DNA of 56,054 nucleotides from Candidatus Omnitrophota bacterium. Its GTDB lineage: Bacteria; Omnitrophota; Gorgyraeia; JABMSB01. The notes beneath the pieces are model-generated. The model was not told the origin of the DNA and did not search any database. It saw nothing but the letters and a program-made list of their open reading frames with translations. Location: the NCBI GenBank assembly GCA_013202205.1, contig JABMSB010000012.1, positions 1-56,054 on the forward strand, in the 5' to 3' direction. A program made the translations under genes and the position numbers. Positions within the stretch are counted from its first letter, which is position 1, and each line of letters begins with the position of its first letter. This document shows positions 49,756 through 56,054 of the stretch, piece after piece.

Positions 49756-51273
49756 ATGGTAAAAGGAAAAGGTTTTGACAACGAGAAGTATCTGAAGGAG
49801 CAGACTCAGGCGATCTTAGAGCGGGTGGAGCAATTCGGTGACAAGCTCTATCTCGAGTTTGGCGGAAAGATCGTATATGACTACCATGCCTCAAGGGTCT
49901 TGCCGGGGTTTGCGCCCAACGTCAAGATGCAGCTCCTTAAGAAGCTGAAGGATAAGGCAGACATAATACTTTGCATATATGCCGGAGACATCGAACGTAA
50001 AAAGGTTAGGGCCGATTTTGGCATCACCTACGATGCGGATGCCCTCAGGATGATCGACGAATTAAGGGATTGGGGACTTAATATAGCAGCGATAGTAATA
50101 ACCCGCTTTGATGATCAGCCATCGGCTAAGATCTTTAAGAATAAGCTTGAGCGGCGCGGAATAAAGGTCTATACACACCGTTTTACAAAGGGTTATCCGA
50201 CGAATGTCGACCTGATAGTCAGCGACGAAGGTTATGGCGCAAATGCTTATATCGAGACGAAGAAGCCGCTCGTTGTAGTCACAGGGCCCGGTCCCGGAAG
50301 CGGAAAACTTGCCACTTGCCTCTCGCAGCTATATCATGACCATAAGAAGGGGGTCCACTCCGGGTATTCCAAATTCGAAACATTTCCTATATGGTCCATA
50401 CCGCTTAAACATCCCGTAAATGTCGCTTATGAATCGGCCACAGCCGACCTTAGAGATTTTAACATGATAGACCCTTTCCATCTGGAGGCGTATGGCAAGA
50501 CCACGATCAACTACAACCGCGACGTGGAGGTCTTCCCGGTCATTAAGAGGATCCTGCAGAAGATAATGGGGGAGGAGGCGGTATACAAATCGCCAACCGA
50601 TATGGGGGTAAATCGCGCGGGGTTTGGCATAATCGATGACGCAGTTGTAAAAGAGGCAGCCAAGCAGGAGATCCTCAGGAGATACTTCCGCTACGCGTGC
50701 GAGTACGCGCTCGGTTTTGTCGATAAGGAGACGGTCGAGCGGGCTGCACTCCTGGTAGAGGAGATCGGTATGAAGCCTGAGAATAGGGCCGTTGTTGAGC
50801 CGGCGAGAAAAGCCGCAATCGATGCAGAGAAGAAGAACAAGGATACCAGGTCCATATCCTGTGGCGCGGCCATAGAATTACCAAATGGGACAATCGTAAC
50901 AGGGAAGAATTCACCGCTTATGCATGCTCCCTCAAGCCTCACACTGAATGCGGTAAAGACGCTTGCTGAAATACCCGATAAGATACACATCTTATCACCG
51001 GCCACGATAGAATCTATAGGAAAACTGAAGAAGTCTATATCAAACAGGAAGGCGATAAGCCTCGATCTGGAGGAGACGCTCATAGCCCTCAGCATAAGCG
51101 CGGCAACAAATCCTACAGCTCAGTTGGCCATGGAGAAGTTGAAGGACCTGCGCGGCTGCGAGGTCCATCTGAGCCATATGCCTGTGCCGGGTGATGAGGC
51201 GGGCCTGCGCAAATTAGGGATGAACCTGACCAGCGAACCGAACTTCGCCACCGAAAGCCTCTTCATGGATTAG
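49756..51273 (+). CDS. DUF1846 (UPF0371) family protein with a P-loop-like motif
   Basis: [64 protein letters not shown]; start taken at ATG 49756. Confidence 0.9.
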   Translation: MVKGKGFDNEKYLKEQTQAILERVEQFGDKLYLEFGGKIVYDYHASRVLPGFAPNVKMQLLKKLKDKADIILCIYAGDIERKKVRADFGITYDADALRMIDELRDWGLNIAAIVITRFDDQPSAKIFKNKLERRGIKVYTHRFTKGYPTNVDLIVSDEGYGANAYIETKKPLVVVTGPGPGSGKLATCLSQLYHDHKKGVHSGYSKFETFPIWSIPLKHPVNVAYESATADLRDFNMIDPFHLEAYGKTTINYNRDVEVFPVIKRILQKIMGEEAVYKSPTDMGVNRAGFGIIDDAVVKEAAKQEILRRYFRYACEYALGFVDKETVERAALLVEEIGMKPENRAVVEPARKAAIDAEKKNKDTRSISCGAAIELPNGTIVTGKNSPLMHAPSSLTLNAVKTLAEIPDKIHILSPATIESIGKLKKSISNRKAISLDLEETLIALSISAATNPTAQLAMEKLKDLRGCEVHLSHMPVPGDEAGLRKLGMNLTSEPNFATESLFMD

Positions 51274-51298
51274 CCCCCACCCAAGACGTTTCTCAACT

Positions 51299-51335
51299 CA
51301 ATCGGAGATCTGCCCTATTTCCAATCGGAGATCTG
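51299..51335 (+). repeat. Two 14-bp direct repeats CAATCGGAGATCTG, 23-bp period
   Basis: Exact copies at 51299-51312 and 51322-51335. Confidence 0.9.
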
Positions 51336-51369
51336 TCCCCTACAGGCAGGGCTTCATAAAATTCAAGGA

Positions 51370-51421
51370 GTTATCTACAGGAGTAGGGCACGCTTAAACA
51401 TGCCTGACAGTTGTGGATAGC
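51370..51421. repeat. 52-bp imperfect palindrome, copy 1
   Basis: GTTATCTACA-GGAGTAGGGCACGCTTAAACATGCCTGACAGT-TGTGGATAGC followed by TTTT; 3 differences from copy 2. Confidence 0.92.
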
Positions 51422-51449
51422 TTTTATTCGTTTGCATCATAAAATTCCC

Positions 51450-51478
51450 TTGCATAACCTAATCCTGTGGGATATACT
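51450..51478 (+). promoter_or_regulatory. Promoter candidate for the pilin gene
   Basis: TTGCAT-N17-TATACT; ATG 9 nt downstream, no SD. Confidence 0.6.
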
Positions 51479-51487
51479 ATTTTTATC

Positions 51488-51946
51488 ATGAAAAAATCCT
51501 TTACCCTAATAGAGCTTCTTATCGTAGTCATCATTGTAGGTATCCTGGCTACCGTGGCCTTGCCGCAGTATCAGAAGGTGGTGAAGAAGGCAAGGTGGAC
51601 TGAAGCGGTAAGCATGTTAGGCGCCATTAGAAAGGCGTGTGAGATTTATTACCAGGGGCATGGTGTAAAGCCTCAGAAGTCAGTTGCAAATGACTACATT
51701 TATTTAAATGGTACGGCGAAAGAAGATGAATTTGCATCATGGATTGATATAGAGATTCCCGAGCCTAGACCGCTTGGCAATTGGCGATTTATTTACAGTT
51801 TATATGCTGACAATCGTCCCGACGAAGTAGGTTGGGTTCATGTCGAAGAAAGCGGAGATGATGAATGGACCTCAGGCGAAGATGCCTTTATAAATATCTA
51901 TTATGACGGAAGATTGGTTTCCGGACCAGATGCCCCAGAATTTTAA
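51488..51946 (+). CDS. Type IV pilin-like protein (prepilin N-terminal cleavage/methylation domain)
   Basis: MKKS|FTLIELLIVVIIVGILATVALPQY class III signal; variable acidic C-terminal region. Confidence 0.9.
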   Translation: MKKSFTLIELLIVVIIVGILATVALPQYQKVVKKARWTEAVSMLGAIRKACEIYYQGHGVKPQKSVANDYIYLNGTAKEDEFASWIDIEIPEPRPLGNWRFIYSLYADNRPDEVGWVHVEESGDDEWTSGEDAFINIYYDGRLVSGPDAPEF

Positions 51947-52041
51947 TAATAGATACCATAATTGTTTGCAAATTTAGCCTTACCTCACCTGACCATCCCC
52001 ATAATTTCCTAATCGACTTATCTTGCCTCAAGGAGTATCAA

Positions 52042-52093
52042 GTTATCCACAGGAGTAGGGCACGCTTAAGCATGCCTGACAGTTGTGGATAAC
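52042..52093. repeat. 52-bp imperfect palindrome, copy 2 (arms are perfect DnaA-box sequences)
   Basis: GTTATCCACA-GGAGTAGGGCACGCTTAAGCATGCCTGACAGT-TGTGGATAAC followed by TTTTTTT; centred on GCTT|AAGC. Confidence 0.92.
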
Positions 52094-52102
52094 TTTTTTT
52101 GC

Positions 52103-52131
52103 TTGACAAAGGCGGGATAGTTAGCTATACT
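52103..52131 (+). promoter_or_regulatory. Sigma70 promoter of the marR-efflux operon
   Basis: TTGACA-N17-TATACT; ATG 8 nt downstream. Confidence 0.8.
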
Positions 52132-52137
52132 AACTAT
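52117..52137. promoter_or_regulatory. Probable MarR operator
   Basis: ATAGTTAG-N5-CTAACTAT perfect dyad spanning the -10 element of the marR gene. Confidence 0.75.
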
Positions 52138-52139
52138 TA

Positions 52140-52574
52140 ATGAAGCTAAGGAAATTTGCCGAGAGGATAAGCTATATACACCCCAGCCTGATGAAGGCCT
52201 TTGTCAGCAGCCGGCCCAAGGATATCGCCAAGATATCACTGCCCCAGATACTCATATTGGAGATATTGCTGGTAAAGGGCAAGGCCATTATGAGCGAGCT
52301 TGCAAATGACCTGCGCATAAGTACTGCCGGAACTACAGGGCTTGCGGACAGGATGATCGCAGCCGGATACTTAAAGAGATATCGCAGTAAGGAGGATAGG
52401 CGGCTGGTCTATGTAGAGATGACGGCAAAGGGCAGGCGCACAATAGAGGATATCAGGGCAAGGAGGCTCGGCCTGGTAGAGGACCTATTCAAAGATATCC
52501 CCGAAGATGAGAGGTGTGTATATCTAAATGTCATAGAGAAGATACACCAGAGATTAAAGCAGGGTGATAGATGA
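52140..52574 (+). CDS. MarR-family transcriptional regulator
   Basis: ISLPQILIL, MSELA, TTGLADRMIAAGYLKR..SKEDRRLVYVEMTAKG. Confidence 0.92.
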   Translation: MKLRKFAERISYIHPSLMKAFVSSRPKDIAKISLPQILILEILLVKGKAIMSELANDLRISTAGTTGLADRMIAAGYLKRYRSKEDRRLVYVEMTAKGRRTIEDIRARRLGLVEDLFKDIPEDERCVYLNVIEKIHQRLKQGDR

Positions 52575-54049
52575 TAAATAAATATTTAATAATTCTATTT
52601 TTACTTATCTTTGGCACGAGTTGTATGTTCCTATATACCCTTGAAGCCCAAGAAGAGTTAAGGGATGGGGGCTTAAGACTCTCTTTGGTAGATGTGACGA
52701 AGATTGCCCTAAGGAATAATATCGATATCAAGATAGCCCGTTTCGATACCCTTATAAAGGAGCAGGACCTCGATGATTCGAAATCGATCTTCGATACCGT
52801 GCTCGATTCGTCCATAGGATATGAGGTCGATTCGCGCAAGCGCGCAAGTACGTTATCGGGCACCAAGACGACCACAACAGATTTTGATTTGGGCCTTGAG
52901 AAGAAGCTCGAGACAGGGACTACGGTAGGTGCGGATTTTTCCGTAGGGCGCGATACCAGTGACTCGGCATTTGCGGCAGTCAATCCGAGTTACGAACCCG
53001 AGGTCGGATTTTCAATAAAACAGGAATTTGGAAGGAACTTTTTCGGTATAACCGATAGAGGAGAGGTTGCGATAACGCGGCTGGACATAGAGAACGTAAC
53101 AGAGAAGTCCCTCGACGCAATAGAAGATTCGATAGCATCCGCCCAAAAGGCATACTGGGAAGTTGCCCTTGCTAAAGAGCGCAGAAAGATAAAGGAGGAT
53201 ATGCTTAAGCGGGCCCAGGATCTCTTAAAGGCAAATGAGGGCCGATTCGATATGGGATCGGTTGAGGAGACGGATCTATTGGCTTCAAAGGCCAATGCCG
53301 AGCAGCGCAAAAGTGACCTTTTAGTTGCCGAGGATGAAGCGAAGAGCAAGGTAGAGGAGCTCTTGCTTATCTTAAACCTCGAAGCAGGTATCCCACTAAC
53401 CCTAAAGGACGATTTGGATATCGAAGGCTCTGGCAGGGCAGATCTCAAGCTCTCCATGAATAACGCCATCGAATCGAGGCGTGATTATAAGAGATCCAAG
53501 AATGAGATAGAATCCAATAAGATCAAGATCAAGATGAAGCGTACTGACTTGTGGCCGCAGCTCGATCTCGAAGGTACATTGGCGGTCAATGGATTGGATG
53601 AGAAATATAACGATTCGCTTAAGGATGTTACCAGGGATAATTATAAATACTATATAGGTATAAACGTCTCCATGCCGCTTGAGAATAGAGAAGCGCGGAG
53701 TGCCTATGAGAAGGCAAAGCTGGAAAAGGCGAAGGCCATAGTGAGTCTTCAGCAGGTTGAGCGCAAGATATTGACAGATATAGATAAGAGAGTGAGGGCA
53801 GTCAATGTGGCGCTTAATGTGCTCGAGCACCAGATGCTTGTTGAGGGGTACCAATCGAATAAGCTGGATGAGGAGATGCAGAAGTATAACAGGGGCCGCT
53901 CAGATACCGATACACTCGTTAGGTTCCAGGAGCACCTGCTTACCGCACAACTGGCGACTGCGCAGGCAGCACTCGGTTATAAGACCGCGATTATAGACCT
54001 TGCGGCTACAGAAGATACCCTTCTTCAGAAAGCGGAAGGCGCACGATGA
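52571..54049 (+). CDS. TolC-family outer membrane efflux protein
   Basis: Signal/anchor segment, LSLVDVTKIALRNN, AYWEV, duplicated helical repeats, YNRGRSD..TLV. Confidence 0.85.
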   Translation: MINKYLIILFLLIFGTSCMFLYTLEAQEELRDGGLRLSLVDVTKIALRNNIDIKIARFDTLIKEQDLDDSKSIFDTVLDSSIGYEVDSRKRASTLSGTKTTTTDFDLGLEKKLETGTTVGADFSVGRDTSDSAFAAVNPSYEPEVGFSIKQEFGRNFFGITDRGEVAITRLDIENVTEKSLDAIEDSIASAQKAYWEVALAKERRKIKEDMLKRAQDLLKANEGRFDMGSVEETDLLASKANAEQRKSDLLVAEDEAKSKVEELLLILNLEAGIPLTLKDDLDIEGSGRADLKLSMNNAIESRRDYKRSKNEIESNKIKIKMKRTDLWPQLDLEGTLAVNGLDEKYNDSLKDVTRDNYKYYIGINVSMPLENREARSAYEKAKLEKAKAIVSLQQVERKILTDIDKRVRAVNVALNVLEHQMLVEGYQSNKLDEEMQKYNRGRSDTDTLVRFQEHLLTAQLATAQAALGYKTAIIDLAATEDTLLQKAEGAR

Positions 54050-56054
54050 AACTTGCGGAATTTTCAGTAAAACAATCCCTATTCATTAACCTCTTATCTA
54101 TCTTTCTCGTGATAGCGGGGGCGTTTACCCTTATCAACATGCAGCGAGAGGCCTTTCCTAACATAACCTTCGATATAGTGACGATAACGACTTCGTATCC
54201 CGGTGCATCTCCGGAAGAAGTCGAGAAGCTTATTACAACACCTCTGGAGAAGGAGGTCAAAAAGGTCGACGGGATCAAAGAGATGGTCTCGAGTTCGCGG
54301 GAGAACTCCTCTTTGATATATGTCGAGATAGATCCCGATGCCAGCGACAAGGATAAGGTGGTCAATGATGTGCAGCGCGCTGTGGATAGATTTAACGATC
54401 TACCCGATGACGCCAACGATCCTGTAGTTACCGAAGTGACGACGAAGGAGATGGCGATACTGGAGGTTTCCTTAAGCGGAGATCTGAGCGAAAAGAAGCT
54501 GCAGTTATATGCGGAGTCGCTCGAGGATCGCATCGAGGATATAGACGGGGTCGCCGCCGTCAAAAGAAACGGTTTTAGGGAGAGGGAGATTTGGGTTGAG
54601 GTCGATCCCGAAAAGATGAGAGAGTATTACGTCTCCTTAGAGGAGGTAATGGCCGCTCTTAAGGCACGCAATATCAGTATCTCCGGGGGTGATCTGATAG
54701 AAGGGAGTACAGAGTTTAACATAAGGACGACAGGAGAATTCTACACGGCCAAGGAAGTTGCCGATGTTATTATAAGGGCCAACGATGCCGGCAACTGGCT
54801 GAGGGTAAAAGATGTCGCCGTAGTTAAGGATGGTTACAAAGACGAAAATTTGATACATAAGACCCGCGGTACACAAGCGATAAATCTTGTGGTGACCAAA
54901 AGGGAGTCCGGAGACGCCATAAGTATAGTGGAGGATATAGATAGGGTCCTTGACGATTTTAAGAAGTCAGCCCCGGCCGAACTCCAATTTTCTATAGTGA
55001 AGGATCTCTCATTTTACATAAAGCGCAGGTTGAATGTACTAAAACGGAATGCCGTTATCGGCGTAATCCTCGTCATCTCTTCGCTGCTTCTCTTCTTAAA
55101 CAGGCGCGTGGCGATTATGACTACACTTGGCATACCGATAGCATTTTTGACTACCTTTGCCGTTATGGGATATATGGGCATATCGATAAATCTTATAAGT
55201 ATGTTCGGCCTCATTATTGTCCTGGGCATGATAGTCGATGACGGTATTATAATATCAGAGAACGTCTATAGGCACATGGAGGAAGGGTTATCTCCGCGTC
55301 AGGCCGCTATAGTGGGTACGAGTGAGGTCATGAAGCCGGTATTTGCAACCATAGCCACTACCATGGCTGCATTCTCATCGCTCTTTTTTATGAGTGGGAT
55401 TATGGGTAGATATGTGCGCAATATCCCGATAGTCGTTATTGTGGCATTGATGGCTTCAATGATGGAGGCGTTTATAATACTTCCGTCACACCTGGCTGAC
55501 TTCGTAAGGCCCATAAAGAACAAGGTGGGCAAGATCATGTCGAAGAAGGAGTCGCCGTGGTTTGCTTCAATACTCAATTCTTATACCGCACTCTTAAAGG
55601 GTGCGATGAAGAACAGATATAAGGTCTGTCTCGTGGTTATAGCGGTTTTTATACTTTGCCTGGGTCTCGTCTTCAGCGGTGTTATGAGATTTTCACTTTT
55701 CGGTTCAGGCGGTGTAGAGGAGTTTTATGTAAGGGCTGAAGCGCCTGTCGGTACCCCACTGGAGGTTACCAGCGGGATGGTTTCGAAGATCGAGGATATC
55801 ATAACCACCCTGCCGCCGGAATATATGGATACCTTTACAACTACCGTGGGTCGCAGCGGGGAAGACTATGGATTCGATCCCTATGGCAGACAGGGGAGCA
55901 ACATGGCGCAGATAGCCGTCTATTTGACGCCAAGCCAGACACGGAAACGCGAGGCACAGGATATCATGGAAGATCTGCGCAAGACGGTTGAGGAGGCTAA
56001 GGTGCCGGGCTTTGAAAAGGTTGCCTTCTTTATCCCGGAGCATGGCCCGCCCAA
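54046..56054 (+). CDS. RND (AcrB/AcrD/AcrF family) efflux permease, 3' partial
   Basis: Manual translation from ATG 54046: REAFPNI, YPGASPEEVEKLIT.PLE, GMIVDDGIIISEN, PSH; open to the window end. Absent from the track because it has no stop. Confidence 0.92.
   Translation, partial: MKLAEFSVKQSLFINLLSIFLVIAGAFTLINMQREAFPNITFDIVTITTSYPGASPEEVEKLITTPLEKEVKKVDGIKEMVSSSRENSSLIYVEIDPDASDKDKVVNDVQRAVDRFNDLPDDANDPVVTEVTTKEMAILEVSLSGDLSEKKLQLYAESLEDRIEDIDGVAAVKRNGFREREIWVEVDPEKMREYYVSLEEVMAALKARNISISGGDLIEGSTEFNIRTTGEFYTAKEVADVIIRANDAGNWLRVKDVAVVKDGYKDENLIHKTRGTQAINLVVTKRESGDAISIVEDIDRVLDDFKKSAPAELQFSIVKDLSFYIKRRLNVLKRNAVIGVILVISSLLLFLNRRVAIMTTLGIPIAFLTTFAVMGYMGISINLISMFGLIIVLGMIVDDGIIISENVYRHMEEGLSPRQAAIVGTSEVMKPVFATIATTMAAFSSLFFMSGIMGRYVRNIPIVVIVALMASMMEAFIILPSHLADFVRPIKNKVGKIMSKKESPWFASILNSYTALLKGAMKNRYKVCLVVIAVFILCLGLVFSGVMRFSLFGSGGVEEFYVRAEAPVGTPLEVTSGMVSKIEDIITTLPPEYMDTFTTTVGRSGEDYGFDPYGRQGSNMAQIAVYLTPSQTRKREAQDIMEDLRKTVEEAKVPGFEKVAFFIPEHGPP

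Noticed and set aside
8291-51487. Longer track starts for mnhE (8291), mnhF (8863), mnhG (9188), hemC (18386), cobA (19041), hemL (20676), sulfite reductase (21950), DUF1846 (49627) and pilin (51467)
   Set aside because: They overlap upstream genes or promoters; downstream starts fit the SD positions, stop-start overlaps and family N-termini better.
51370-52093. Integron attC or Xer dif sites
   Set aside because: attC runs RYYYAAC...GTTRRRY whereas this element runs GTT...AAC and fits neither box; there is no 11-6-11 dif pattern and no integrase in the window.
51299-52093. CRISPR array
   Set aside because: Only two copies of each repeat, no regular spacers and no cas genes.
51274-52139. oriC assignment
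   Set aside because: Only four boxes, all inside a duplicated palindrome; no dnaA/dnaN nearby, no convincing DnaA-trio unwinding element, and mnmG is about 16 kb away. Kept only as a DnaA-binding hypothesis.
389-56043. All minus-strand ORFs and short alternative-frame plus-strand ORFs in the track
   Set aside because: They overlap well-supported plus-strand genes and show no recognisable motifs or SD sites.

Overview
A 56-kb bacterial chromosomal segment in which every credible gene lies on the + strand. The gene content suggests an anaerobe; it resembles Omnitrophota/PVC-type groundwater genomes, but that is inference only. In order: (1) the 3' part of an operon joining an NAD(P)H/FAD-[2Fe-2S] HydG/AsrB-like subunit and a polyferredoxin to a group 4 membrane-bound [NiFe]-hydrogenase, a complete Mrp-type antiporter set and a HycI-like protease; (2) an Isf flavoprotein, glutaredoxin, half-size GDT1, pabB and a class IV PLP enzyme; (3) a TPP riboswitch controlling a Cys-type Thi4; (4) a Cys-less Rrf2 (CymR-like) regulator, a possible leader-peptide attenuator, then DUF2061, cysH, a compact siroheme pathway (sirC-like, hemA, C-terminally truncated hemC, cobA, hemB, hemL; no hemD) and a half-size sulfite reductase; (5) a membrane coiled-coil protein and a PflX-like radical SAM enzyme; (6) a MoxR-DUF58-Bat operon with a BatD-BatE fusion; (7) mnmG and a QueG-like protein; (8) carA (frameshifted)-guaA-carB-purSQL-purF-second carB-DUF1846; (9) a type IV pilin-like gene bracketed by two copies of a 52-bp palindrome whose arms are DnaA-box sequences; (10) marR-TolC-RND (runs off the window). 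No rRNA, tRNA, CRISPR array or transposase was seen. The most interesting leads are the palindrome-bounded pilin unit, CysK-binding-like C-terminal tails on consecutive sulfur-operon proteins, the HemC lacking its cofactor-attachment domain, the Cys/Met leader attenuator candidate, and the carB2-DUF1846 pair. All calls come from reading motifs by eye; no searches were run.
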